Positions 19,060-28,733 are shown, counted from the stretch's first letter. The stretch: 64,000 nucleotides of DNA from a virus (IMGVR_UViG_3300033121_002101:132532-196531); one strand, 5' to 3'. Program-made: numbers and translations. The notes: generated by a model not told the origin, from the sequence alone.

Positions 19060-19776
19060 ATGGATCAACTTACATACGCAAAGTTGTATGCAACTCAAAA
19101 GCATGGCAATCAGATGTATGGTGTTTTGCACTATACACATCATCTTGCTGATGTAGAGAGTGTTTTAAAGAAAGCTAGTCCAATACCGCTTAAAGCATTT
19201 CCATCTAATTGCTTGCTTATAGACAAGCAGTCTAAAATTATTTCTAGATATTCTGAAAAAGAATTCAGCATTCTTGAAATAAATGATGGTAATTGTCTTC
19301 ATTCAGATGATTTGTTTTTTATTAAAGCTCTCGATCATTCACAAGAATATGTAAAATACATTTATCAAGGAGATGCAGATCTCTATTACATTAGAGACAG
19401 AGATGAAAATCTATCTGCTACAGATATGTTTGTGGCTGCATGGCTGCATGATGTTATTGAAGATACTGACACAAAGTATAGAGATGTTGAAGAGCTGTTT
19501 GGACATAATGTTGCTCAGCTTGTAGACGCAGTTACTTCAGTTGAAGGCCCGAATAGAAAGCTTCGTAATGCAGCAACTTATCCAAAGATTAGGAATGCTG
19601 GTATTTGGGCTGTTAGACTTAAACTTGCAGATAGGATTGCAAATGTTTCAAATGGTGGCGGATCTGTAAAAATGTATAGAGATGAGTATAAAGATTTTAG
19701 ACATGCTCTTTATACAGCTGGTGAGAATGAAGATTTGTGGTTTAGATTAGATAATCTAATAAATGGATGTGAATAA
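19060..19776 (+). CDS. HD hydrolase, RelA/SpoT (Mesh1/SAH)-like, with internal insertion
   Basis: HGNQ.Y...YTHHL; AAWLHDVIEDT; FG..VA.LV.AVT; KLADRIAN. Confidence 0.85.
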   Translation: MDQLTYAKLYATQKHGNQMYGVLHYTHHLADVESVLKKASPIPLKAFPSNCLLIDKQSKIISRYSEKEFSILEINDGNCLHSDDLFFIKALDHSQEYVKYIYQGDADLYYIRDRDENLSATDMFVAAWLHDVIEDTDTKYRDVEELFGHNVAQLVDAVTSVEGPNRKLRNAATYPKIRNAGIWAVRLKLADRIANVSNGGGSVKMYRDEYKDFRHALYTAGENEDLWFRLDNLINGCE

Positions 19777-20158
19777 AATGACAAGACCAGAAGAAATTTT
19801 CAATTCAAAAAAAGAATTGATTGGTTATGCATGCGGTAGTTGCATGCGTATTTCAAGCATAGGTGTAAGATTAAAATTTGATAGTTATGATAATATTGAT
19901 GCACTGCAGCTTAGTCTTGATTCTATAAAAGACTGCTGTATATGCAGTGTTTGCGAGCTAAATGAAATAGAATCACAAAATACTACAGTTTGTGCTAAGT
20001 GCAAAGTCAATGAGTTCTTTTCTAATTTAATTGATTTTTTAAATGATTTGAAAGAATCAATTGAACTGAATATAACAAATGAAGTTGTATGGGAAGCTTG
20101 GACAAAATTTAGACGATACTACCAATATCGTAGTACAGGAGATTATTTAAATGGCTAA
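19763..20158 (+). CDS. Cys-rich hypothetical protein (tandem paralogue 1)
   Basis: PEEIFN...GYACGSC...CC.CS.C...WEAW. Confidence 0.65.
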   Translation: MDVNKMTRPEEIFNSKKELIGYACGSCMRISSIGVRLKFDSYDNIDALQLSLDSIKDCCICSVCELNEIESQNTTVCAKCKVNEFFSNLIDFLNDLKESIELNITNEVVWEAWTKFRRYYQYRSTGDYLNG

Positions 20159-20534
20159 TCCACAAGAAGTTTTTGATAAAAATCATAATGTTGTAGCATA
20201 TGCATGCAACGTGTGTGGTGACATAAGAAAAAAATATTATGGTGATGATGATTATGATTCTTTAAAAGAATCATTTGACTCTGCAAATATGTGTTGCACA
20301 TGTTGTAAGTGTAATAGTGTATGTGAAAAAAAATTCTCATATTGTAATAGTTGCGAGTTTAATTTCAAATTAAGATATTTTGGAGAGTTTTTTAGTGATA
20401 TTTCTGAAGCTTACATGTTTGAAATTAAAAATATTGAGCTTTGGAATGCATGGAAGAATTCGCAAGAGAGATATAATTTTATCAATGAAAAGTATTGGAA
20501 AAGTTTGAATGATGAGAACGATAGTAATCGGTGA
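20151..20534 (+). CDS. Cys-rich hypothetical protein (tandem paralogue 2)
   Basis: PQEVFD...AYACNVC...CC.CC.C...WNAW. Confidence 0.65.
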   Translation: MANPQEVFDKNHNVVAYACNVCGDIRKKYYGDDDYDSLKESFDSANMCCTCCKCNSVCEKKFSYCNSCEFNFKLRYFGEFFSDISEAYMFEIKNIELWNAWKNSQERYNFINEKYWKSLNDENDSNR

Positions 20535-21282
20535 TGTACATGGCTGCATTGATGAATTGAAACTTCTTCTAAAAGAAGTAGATTTCAAAAAAGGAAATGA
20601 CAGGTGTATAATTGTTGGTGACCTTGTTGATAGAGGCCCAGATTCTGCTGGTGTTGTTTCATTTTGTGTAGAAAATAGCATTGAATCTGTGATGGGAAAT
20701 CACGATGAAAAGCATATTAGAAATGCTAGAAATTTAGAGAGGCATCCAGATTCAAGAGTTAAACTAACTGATTCTGAGAAAGATATGTGGAAAAAACTTT
20801 CTCAGAATCAGCAACAGTGGCTTTCATCTTTGCCAAATTTAATTTGGATAAATGAAACAACTGTTTGCGTTCATGCTGGTCTTATGACAGACATTGAACC
20901 TAAAGACACTCATCAAAGAATACTTCACAGAATAAGATACGTTGAGCAAAGAAAATCAAAAAGTGGTTCTTTGAATTGGGAAATGTCAAGAATGAAAATA
21001 ACTGATGATGGTGGATTTTTAAGGCCACGAGGATCAGTTCCGTGGACTGATGTGTACGGCGGAAAGTATAATGTCGTTTATGGTCATTGGGCCAGAGAAG
21101 ATGTCAAGATAGACAAATATGAAAATTCATTTGCACTTGGCATAGATACTTCTTCTTGTTTTGGTGGAAAATTAACAGCTGCTATATTTGATAATAGTAC
21201 AACAGAATACAAATTAGTTTCTGTTAATTCTAGTGTTAATACTGACAATGATAGGTTTTATGAAGGAGAATACGATCCGTGA
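20509..21282 (+). CDS. metallophosphoesterase, ApaH/PrpE/PPP-like
   Basis: IGDVHGC, VGDLVDRGP, MGNHD, VHAG, VYGHW, IDTSSCFGGKLTA. Confidence 0.92.
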   Translation: MMRTIVIGDVHGCIDELKLLLKEVDFKKGNDRCIIVGDLVDRGPDSAGVVSFCVENSIESVMGNHDEKHIRNARNLERHPDSRVKLTDSEKDMWKKLSQNQQQWLSSLPNLIWINETTVCVHAGLMTDIEPKDTHQRILHRIRYVEQRKSKSGSLNWEMSRMKITDDGGFLRPRGSVPWTDVYGGKYNVVYGHWAREDVKIDKYENSFALGIDTSSCFGGKLTAAIFDNSTTEYKLVSVNSSVNTDNDRFYEGEYDP

Positions 21283-21485
21283 TTTCTGATTTTAAGGTTG
21301 GCGCAAAGGTTGTAATTGCTGTCGCTGGTTGTGAAATGAATGGAACGATTGTAAATTCTGTTTTCAAATCAAAACAATGGTTTCATACTGTGCTTGTGAA
21401 TGACAAGCATTTCATATGCCAAGAATTAAATCTTAGATATCAATAATCATACTTGAAAAATATTCTAGACTCATAAATAATCATT

Positions 21486-22952
21486 ATGAGTCTAGAAGAT
21501 ATTCCTTCGCATTATTTGATAATGCATCAATTTATTTATCAGGCCGAAGCTCAGCTTAAGTCGCATACAGATATTGGTGCAATTGGTTATACTGGAAAAA
21601 CAAAGCAAGTAGCAAACAAGTTAAGAGAACTTGGTTGGAGACGTGCTGATTACAATAGAGAATCGCTCGATGATGATGGAAATACAATCATCAGAAAGCA
21701 AATCAATAGAGATTCGTTTTGGTATAAGCCAGAACACTGGAAAAAAGATTCAGATATATGGCCGCCAGTTCAACCAATATCTGATGATGCAGAAACATTT
21801 GAACACGTTATCAGACGTGGTAGACGATTGATGTTTCCGCAAGATGTAAAAGAAACAATAATGGATGAACTTGTTGTCTTTATATCAAGCGGCAAAGTAT
21901 CTCAATGGTATGGCGGCGCGGGCGGGCATGAAAGAATGAAAAAAAATGTCAAGGGAAGACTTGACAAACCACGTGATGTTGCAACTGCTTTGCCAGCAGA
22001 TATCGATCCAGTTATAATTGTTCCGCATCACCTTTTGCTTATAACGGCAAGAAGAACAGATCCACAAAATGCTGACTCAGTTGAACGTGGAATGCAACTG
22101 TTTGGATGGGATCGAGCAAATAGAGGTAATAGAGAAAAAGAAATTTGGTTTAATCCAAAGCAATGGGAATTAGCTGTTGGCGGAGCATTGGGTTTGCTTC
22201 CTTTAACGAGTGAAGCAGAACAATATCTTTCAAAACTCGATCCAGAATCGACAAGCCTTACAAAGAGATTTATACCTGATGCATCTTATTTGCCAGATGT
22301 AGAAGTAATGGCATCAGCTGCTATGGAAGTTGCTGCAAATGCAACGAAACGCGGAACATTTACGCCGCCCGCAGCAAGCATTAGGCCTGATCCTAGTGCC
22401 CCAGATAGAAGTAAACCAGGATCACCAACGATTAAAGATATTGACGCAGCGACAAAAGCAAGGGCTGCTGGTAGAGATCCAGAGTCTGGAAGAAAAGTTG
22501 ATGATGATTCTTTCCTCGGACCAATGCCAGCGAAAAGAGCTGGAAATATGGCACCGAAAGGATCTCGTGCTGAAGCTCCACCACTTGGTAAAACAGCTTT
22601 AGGACACCACAAGGCAGTTGGTAAAGATGTTTCAAACATAAACAATCCAAAACCAACTATCAGCAAAGATGAAGAAGACGATGAAGAAGATATTGACATC
22701 GAGCCAGATGAGCCAGAGCCAGATGAGTTTGATGATGAAATAGATGACAATGACGAAGAAGATATAGATGAGCCAGAGATTCCAAAAGGAAGACAATCTG
22801 TGGCTGATTTAGACGCGGCATATAAAGCGCGTGTGGAAAAAGAAAGACAGAGAGCAGCTGCAAAGCGTTCAATGTCTGGATCTAAAAACCCGCCAAAAGA
22901 ACAAAAGCCAGTTTCAAATAAATCAATTCTTTTTGCAGATGATGATGAATGA
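21486..22952 (+). CDS. hypothetical protein with Pro-rich and acidic C-terminus
   Basis: 488 aa ORF. Confidence 0.7.
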   Translation: MSLEDIPSHYLIMHQFIYQAEAQLKSHTDIGAIGYTGKTKQVANKLRELGWRRADYNRESLDDDGNTIIRKQINRDSFWYKPEHWKKDSDIWPPVQPISDDAETFEHVIRRGRRLMFPQDVKETIMDELVVFISSGKVSQWYGGAGGHERMKKNVKGRLDKPRDVATALPADIDPVIIVPHHLLLITARRTDPQNADSVERGMQLFGWDRANRGNREKEIWFNPKQWELAVGGALGLLPLTSEAEQYLSKLDPESTSLTKRFIPDASYLPDVEVMASAAMEVAANATKRGTFTPPAASIRPDPSAPDRSKPGSPTIKDIDAATKARAAGRDPESGRKVDDDSFLGPMPAKRAGNMAPKGSRAEAPPLGKTALGHHKAVGKDVSNINNPKPTISKDEEDDEEDIDIEPDEPEPDEFDDEIDDNDEEDIDEPEIPKGRQSVADLDAAYKARVEKERQRAAAKRSMSGSKNPPKEQKPVSNKSILFADDDE

Positions 22953-23003
22953 TATACATTAACGTTGTTTGATTTTGTTGTTAACAACGTATTATAAATA
23001 TAC

Positions 23004-23333
23004 ATGTTGTTAACACAACCAGAGAATTTTGTCGTATTTACAACTGTTGAAGATGAATGCGACTCACCTCGTGTTGTCGGTATGTTATTGTCAGATGAGC
23101 CTTATAATCTGTATAATGCTTACGTTGACAAACATGTCGGCGAATTTCTTGAAAAATCTAATGATATAGATTTTGCAATTTTTTTGCCTGTTAATTCTTT
23201 TGAAGAATTTAACTGCATTATTGAAGAGTATAAAGAGAATAAGGGTACAATGGCCGTCGCGGGCTTTGGACCTTTTTCTAAAGAAGACCTAGGGATCAGT
23301 AATTGGAGTTCGATTGTTAATTTTCAAAACTGA
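23004..23333 (+). CDS. hypothetical protein
   Basis: ORF after AT-rich spacer. Confidence 0.6.
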   Translation: MLLTQPENFVVFTTVEDECDSPRVVGMLLSDEPYNLYNAYVDKHVGEFLEKSNDIDFAIFLPVNSFEEFNCIIEEYKENKGTMAVAGFGPFSKEDLGISNWSSIVNFQN

Positions 23334-23344
23334 AAGGGATACAA

Positions 23345-24211
23345 ATGACTGACACCAAGGATCTTGTTTCTGCTAATTCTAACGGCTACGGCATCAGTTC
23401 TAAGAATACTTACACTCGTATTAATGGGCAGACTGACAAGTTGCCTGCTGGTCAGTATTCATTCTTTATGGATATGAACGGCAATGTTCATTATGAGCTG
23501 AGTGCGTATTCTTCTGATAAGTTGTTTTTTGAAGATGAAGCTCTTCCAAATCGTATTATGGATGAGATTAAGTCTTGGCTTGATAAACGCGAGCAGTATG
23601 AGAAGTTTGGGTTTATGTATAAGCGCGCGTTCATGCTTCACGGTCCTCCTGGCAACGGCAAGACTTCTTTGATCATTGAAATTTCAAGGTTGTTTGCTGC
23701 AATGTATGATGGCATCACTCTTCGTTTGAAGGGTAATCCGCAGAATCTTATTAATGCAATTAAGGGAATTCGTGAGACACATCCAAATAGACCTGTTTTG
23801 GTCGTCATTGAAGAGATTGATGATGTCTATTTAAACTGGGGTGGAACTCTACTTGATGTTCTGGATGGTGGATTTGATATGTCTGGCGTTTGCTTTGTAG
23901 CAACGACCAATTTTCTTGACAAGCTTGATGCACGTATTCGTTCTCGCCCAAGCAGGTTTGATACCATTGTCGAAGTTGTTGGTCCGTCGAAGAATACTCG
24001 CAAGAAGTATTTGAAGTCTTTGGGTGTTGATACGGAGAAGTCTGAAGAGATTGCAAAGGCAAGCGACGGCATGTCGTTTGCTCACCTCAAGGAATTTGTT
24101 ATTGCAAGTGTAATTCTTGGCCAGAGCGTTTCTTCTGTCAGAGACCGCCTGCAGAGCATGATTGATAATCCTGATAGTTATGAAGATGATGATAACTGTG
24201 TGATTGAATAG
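23345..24211 (+). CDS. AAA+ ATPase
   Basis: HGPPGNGKT, VIEEID, LDVLDG, ATTN, RPSRFD. Confidence 0.92.
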   Translation: MTDTKDLVSANSNGYGISSKNTYTRINGQTDKLPAGQYSFFMDMNGNVHYELSAYSSDKLFFEDEALPNRIMDEIKSWLDKREQYEKFGFMYKRAFMLHGPPGNGKTSLIIEISRLFAAMYDGITLRLKGNPQNLINAIKGIRETHPNRPVLVVIEEIDDVYLNWGGTLLDVLDGGFDMSGVCFVATTNFLDKLDARIRSRPSRFDTIVEVVGPSKNTRKKYLKSLGVDTEKSEEIAKASDGMSFAHLKEFVIASVILGQSVSSVRDRLQSMIDNPDSYEDDDNCVIE

Positions 24212-25388
24212 ACGTATGGATACCAAAATAAATCTAAAAATTCTTAGACTGCATGCGCCGAAAGCTTGCAAAGAAATTGCAAGGTTCGGCATTTTGCCGT
24301 TTTGCGAGCGCAATCTAATCGACTTGAAAGAAGATAAAGATTCAGGTTTGATTTCGCTCCAATATTCTATAACATCTGACATGACAAACGAAGCAGTTAA
24401 AGACTGCAGAGGTTTAGTTCTGTATACTGATGACCCGACATATCCAGTTGCAATGTCATTTAGAAAGTTCTTTAATATTGAAGAACTTGTAGCTGATTGT
24501 GTTGATTTTAAAGATGCAGACATTCTACACAAGATGGATGGCTCTCTTTTGACACTCTATTTTGATCATAGAGCAAACATGTGGAGAGTATCTACAACTG
24601 GCAATCCAGTTGCTGGTGGCCCTTATGGAAATGAAAGAGACAAAACGTTTGCCAAGATGTTTTGGCAAATCTTTAATGAAAGCAAATACTCTCTTCCTGA
24701 TATACCAAAGTGTGAAATGGATGACATCTGGTATTCATTTGAGCTTTGTGATCTGTCTAATAGAATAGTTGTACGTTATGACAGTCCATCTCTTGTGCTG
24801 ATTGGTGCAAGAAGGAGAGTTGCTCTACAAGAACTTTCGCATGATGAATATTCTACACATGCGAAATATTATGGGTGGATTGCTGTAAGAAAAATTAACA
24901 GTAAAGATATAAACAGCATGTCGATTAAGAAAATCGCTGCTGAAACAAATCCTCTTGAGCTTGAGGGATTTGTTGCTGTTGACACAAACTTCAATAGAGT
25001 TAAGATTAAAAACCCAAGGTATGTGTTGATACACAGACTCAAAGGAGAGAGAACTCCACGTGCAATTATAGATCTCTGGAAAGTAGATGGGACAAGCGAA
25101 ATACTTTCTTATTTCCCAGAGTTCTCAGATGACTTCAATAAAATTGAAAGCAAAATTAATCTTCTTATAGAAGAATGCTGCAATGTTTGGAGTGAAACAA
25201 AAAACATTGCAGTTAGAAAAGATTTTGCTGAAAAAGTAAAACATCTTCCTTATTCTGGTATATTGTTTGATTTGTTTACAGTACAACAGACATTCGAAAA
25301 ATATACAGATCTTTTGAATTTCGTTGAAGCAAAGCTAAGAAATATAAACTCAAATACTATTTTGAGAATGATCGGAGTAAAAGACTAG
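24204..25388 (+). CDS. T4 Rnl1-like RNA ligase
   Basis: CRGLVL, FRKFFN, motif I KMDGS, FEL...NRIVV.Y, EGFV, RVKIKN. Confidence 0.9.
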   Translation: MNRRMDTKINLKILRLHAPKACKEIARFGILPFCERNLIDLKEDKDSGLISLQYSITSDMTNEAVKDCRGLVLYTDDPTYPVAMSFRKFFNIEELVADCVDFKDADILHKMDGSLLTLYFDHRANMWRVSTTGNPVAGGPYGNERDKTFAKMFWQIFNESKYSLPDIPKCEMDDIWYSFELCDLSNRIVVRYDSPSLVLIGARRRVALQELSHDEYSTHAKYYGWIAVRKINSKDINSMSIKKIAAETNPLELEGFVAVDTNFNRVKIKNPRYVLIHRLKGERTPRAIIDLWKVDGTSEILSYFPEFSDDFNKIESKINLLIEECCNVWSETKNIAVRKDFAEKVKHLPYSGILFDLFTVQQTFEKYTDLLNFVEAKLRNINSNTILRMIGVKD

Positions 25389-25427
25389 AAGTAGTCTAGA
25401 AGTAGTCTGGCTTAAAAAATCAAAAAT

Positions 25428-25469
25428 AAAAACGGCAAGCTGATCTATTTGATTCAGCTTGCCGTTTTT
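25428..25469. terminator. bidirectional terminator at the strand-convergence point
   Basis: AAAAACGGCAAGCTGA...TCAGCTTGCCGTTTTT. Confidence 0.9.
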
Positions 25470-25638
25470 ATTTTTCTTCGTAAGACAGAACAGTTGGCTT
25501 GAATTCTGTTATTAGCTTTGCTAGTTTTTGATGACTGAATTTTTTGTTTCTGTAATGAGCTACTTGTAAAATCATTGCAAGAAACATCTCGTCTTTTGGA
25601 ATGTTTTCGTTTGCAAGTTCTATTTTTCTTTTGCTCAT
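25468..25638 (-). CDS. short paralogue of ANENIP family
   Basis: MSKRKIELANENIPKDEMFLAMILQ. Confidence 0.6.
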   Translation of the reverse strand: MSKRKIELANENIPKDEMFLAMILQVAHYRNKKFSHQKLAKLITEFKPTVLSYEEK

Positions 25639-25642
25639 TTTG

Positions 25643-25990
25643 CTACTCATCAATTGTCATGGCTTGACGATATGCCCAGCCTACAGTTTCTCCATCAAGA
25701 TTGTCAGTTTCTAAACAAACAGTCCAATTTATTGGTTCATCATTACCAAACATGATGTGTACAAAACTGTCTCGCAATACAGTTGTATCATTCTCTAAAC
25801 GAGCAGCACCAACTGCACATGCATACATTGCTTCTTCTGCTGAACAATGACTGATATAGTTCAGATCTCTATACATTGCGTTTTCGCAGAATCCAATATC
25901 TCTGGCTTTTACGTTCTGCAAAATCATTGCGAGAAACATTTCGTCTTCTGGAATGTTTTCATTCGCTGTTTCTAGTTTTTTCTTGCTCAT
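25643..25990 (-). CDS. hypothetical protein, ANENIP family
   Basis: ANENIPEDEMFLA...YACAVGAA...GND...DGETVGWAYRQAM. Confidence 0.75.
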   Translation of the reverse strand: MSKKKLETANENIPEDEMFLAMILQNVKARDIGFCENAMYRDLNYISHCSAEEAMYACAVGAARLENDTTVLRDSFVHIMFGNDEPINWTVCLETDNLDGETVGWAYRQAMTIDE

Positions 25991-26067
25991 TTTTGTTTCC
26001 TTTGTTATTACTGGTTTATCACTGGTTGTCATCTGATTTAATTAATGGTTGTATATTAACACATTAT

Positions 26068-26108
26068 AAAGATTAAACCAGATAAAAACCAGATGATCTC
26101 AGATGACT
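26068..26108 (-). promoter_or_regulatory. 41 bp duplicated upstream element, copy 1
   Basis: identical to 26980-27020; abuts TATAAT on - strand. Confidence 0.65.
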
Positions 26109-26153
26109 TCAAATTAAATTTGGTTTGTATTTTTTAATTTATCAATTTTCAAT

Positions 26154-26564
26154 TCAAGGTTTCGAAAGGATGAAACAGATATTGCTGTCTGTATATTCAT
26201 CATCTTTGCAAAAATGAATTCCATCACCATCACAATAAATCAAATCCTGAGATATATCAAATTCATTATCTCTAGTTACATAATCAGCTTTTAGTTTGTT
26301 TTCTAGCTCTTCTGGTGAAGATATAACAAAGATTTCAATACTCTTTTTATCTGTATCTTTGTTTTGTTTGATGACAGTGAGATTTCGTGGCCATGTCATT
26401 TTGCGGCCAGCAACATTCTTCAATGCAAGAATGTAATCTCTTGAATTACATTTGTTATCGATTAAAATGTTACCGATTTCAACAATAACTTCTGCGTTAT
26501 TGTTTTCAGATGTTTTAATCAAGTCAAAGATTTTTTTGTCTGCTTCTGACATTTTATTCCTCAA
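26154..26564 (-). CDS. hypothetical protein
   Basis: packed ORF. Confidence 0.6.
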   Translation of the reverse strand: MRNKMSEADKKIFDLIKTSENNNAEVIVEIGNILIDNKCNSRDYILALKNVAGRKMTWPRNLTVIKQNKDTDKKSIEIFVISSPEELENKLKADYVTRDNEFDISQDLIYCDGDGIHFCKDDEYTDSNICFILSKP

Positions 26565-26901
26565 CAGTCATTGCTTGACGATATGCCCAACCAATCGTTT
26601 CTCCATCAATCGTTTCTCCATCTTTTAAATCTGTATTATTGTTCCAGTAATCATCACAATCATTTCCATTTGTAATATAATGAAAGCCAGTACATTTCGT
26701 GTCTTCTTCTAACAAAGCTGCACCAACTGCGCATGCATATATTGCTTCTTGTGGAAAGCAGACGTCTCCATCACTGTTCTTGTAATACGTACCTTTTAAA
26801 AAACTAAGATCTCTAGCTTTTGCATTCTGCAGAATCTTTGCAAGAAACATCTCATCTTCTGGAATATTTTCGTTTGCAAGTTTTAGCTTCTTTTTACTCA
26901 T
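26554..26901 (-). CDS. hypothetical protein, ANENIP family
   Basis: full-length paralogue of 25643-25990. Confidence 0.75.
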   Translation of the reverse strand: MSKKKLKLANENIPEDEMFLAKILQNAKARDLSFLKGTYYKNSDGDVCFPQEAIYACAVGAALLEEDTKCTGFHYITNGNDCDDYWNNNTDLKDGETIDGETIGWAYRQAMTVEE

Positions 26902-26979
26902 TTTAATTTCCCTTGTGTGTTTCTGGTTTGTCACTAGATGACTTCTGTTTTTTACCAATGGCAACCATTATAAATTATA

Positions 26980-27020
26980 AAAGATTAAACCAGATAAAAA
27001 CCAGATGATCTCAGATGACT
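26980..27020 (-). promoter_or_regulatory. 41 bp duplicated upstream element, copy 2
   Basis: AAAGATTAAACCAGATAAAAACCAGATGATCTCAGATGACT. Confidence 0.65.
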
Positions 27021-27058
27021 CCAATATAATTTTGTTGTTTTTATATTGGAATTTCAAT

Positions 27059-27448
27059 CTACCACTGAAACAGTGATGGATTGTCTACAATCAACGGAGC
27101 GCGATACCAATCGCTTTGCACACATTCATCGAACATCGTATCAATAGTTTCGCGAAGTACAACAAGGTCTACAGTTCTATACCAAGAAGGTACCTTGTAT
27201 TCTTCATCACTATCATCTACAACAGAAGCATCAACGCCAGCAGTCTCGAAAACAAGTTCAATTCTTTGATCTCTACTCATATCTCCGATGTAATGAAACA
27301 TAACTGTACCGTCAATCATTGCAAGCAAGCATTTCATGCTTCTTTCTCTGTTTATGTCTTGCTTGCCTTGAGCCCACGAAACAATTGGCTTATTTTCATC
27401 TAGCTTAGACTGTGGATCGAACAACACAACTGTACTGTTAATACTCAT
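27059..27448 (-). CDS. hypothetical protein
   Basis: AGGAG RBS. Confidence 0.65.
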   Translation of the reverse strand: MSINSTVVLFDPQSKLDENKPIVSWAQGKQDINRERSMKCLLAMIDGTVMFHYIGDMSRDQRIELVFETAGVDASVVDDSDEEYKVPSWYRTVDLVVLRETIDTMFDECVQSDWYRAPLIVDNPSLFQW

Positions 27449-27609
27449 TTTTGCTCCTCTGGGAATTCAATAAATGAAAACTTACTTGCACATTTCTTAT
27501 GCCTTCGTGCAAATGAAATTAGCACGAAGTCAAACAAACCAGTATTTGACGCAGACATTGATATTCCGCATTTCAAACATTTCACTCCCTGCATAAAAAT
27601 TTCCTTTCA

Positions 27610-28050
27610 TCAACAAAAATCTCCAACAATCAAATCCCAAGGGCCATCTTCATAGCCAATACATTTTACATGCACATCAATATCACCAACTTTAAATCTA
27701 ACAAGGTTTCTTGGATCTTTGATTGCATCTCTTTGATCAAGCCACTCTTGCGTAATTTCATTCCACCACTTATCTTCACCAATTCTATTGTAGATGATAG
27801 AAAGCATTTCGTCTTTTGTCAAAATGTTTTTGTTTTGATCTTCAACATGAACTGACTGCAAAGAAAGAAATCTTTCAATCTCTTTAATTCCGTTTATGAA
27901 CGGAGGCTTGATATGCAAAGAAAAAGTCCAACCAAATGAACTTTTTCCAATGTGATATCTGAACTTATCAGTCATACTATCGATCATGTAATAATTCATT
28001 TCATTTTCTTTCTTTAAATGTAAGTTTAGGCAGAATGAGTTTCCACCCAA
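27610..28050 (-). CDS. conserved phage hypothetical protein
   Basis: HIGKSSFGWTFSLH motif. Confidence 0.65.
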   Translation of the reverse strand: MGGNSFCLNLHLKKENEMNYYMIDSMTDKFRYHIGKSSFGWTFSLHIKPPFINGIKEIERFLSLQSVHVEDQNKNILTKDEMLSIIYNRIGEDKWWNEITQEWLDQRDAIKDPRNLVRFKVGDIDVHVKCIGYEDGPWDLIVGDFC

Positions 28051-28085
28051 CTGCCTAATTTAATTCATTTAAATTTACGTTAGAA

Positions 28086-28733
28086 TTATTCTTTTATGCG
28101 ATCTTTTCGAAGCACAACAAAGTGTGCATTTTTTGGACGACCTTTTCTGTCTACACCAAACCATGTTAATGCATTTCCTTTTTTGATTGCTCTTTTGTTA
28201 CCACGAGAAGCGCAATCAACAACACCAACAGCAGCCCAACATTCTTTCTTTAATGGGTCCCATTCCGCAGGTACAGAAACAACTACGCCAACGTGGCCAA
28301 CTCGCCCGCCAGGCTTTCCGCGATCAACAGAACCGTAAACAACCAAACATCCTGGCTGAGGCTTATCAACAAATTCAAATTTTTGTTTTAACGTAGATGC
28401 ATCAATTATGATTGCGTCTGTGTTGGCGTAGCCACCATAAGTGTGGAATTCTGTTTTGTCAGATGGTTCTTGTGCTGGACTTTTGCCTGGATCATACCTG
28501 TCAACACCAAGACACCAACACGCAAACCCAACGCAATCGCTTACTTTCTTACCGTCATAATCAGCAGCTGGTGTTTCTCTTTCAGGATCGTCTCCACCAT
28601 TTGGATACTCTAATCTGTATCTTACAGATTCACCGTAGTCACCAGCCATCTTGTTAGCACGGTCTATCGTTTGTTCTGGTGTTAACCCTAAATCAACACC
28701 TCTTTTTCTTGTAGTCATGTGACTACATATCAA
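28086..28733 (-). CDS. NlpC/P60 (CHAP-like) cysteine peptidase, putative peptidoglycan hydrolase
   Basis: SDCVGFACWCLG, PQPGCLVVY, GHVGVV, VVDC. Confidence 0.78.
   Translation of the reverse strand: MICSHMTTRKRGVDLGLTPEQTIDRANKMAGDYGESVRYRLEYPNGGDDPERETPAADYDGKKVSDCVGFACWCLGVDRYDPGKSPAQEPSDKTEFHTYGGYANTDAIIIDASTLKQKFEFVDKPQPGCLVVYGSVDRGKPGGRVGHVGVVVSVPAEWDPLKKECWAAVGVVDCASRGNKRAIKKGNALTWFGVDRKGRPKNAHFVVLRKDRIKE

Noticed and set aside
14780-23000. T4-type late promoters (TATAAATA at 14780 and 22993)
   Set aside because: Only two exact hits noticed in very AT-rich DNA, one inside coding sequence; cannot be separated from chance without a genome-wide count
22286-23005. 239 aa - strand Ser-rich ORF
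   Set aside because: Antisense of the Asp/Glu-rich part of 21486-22952
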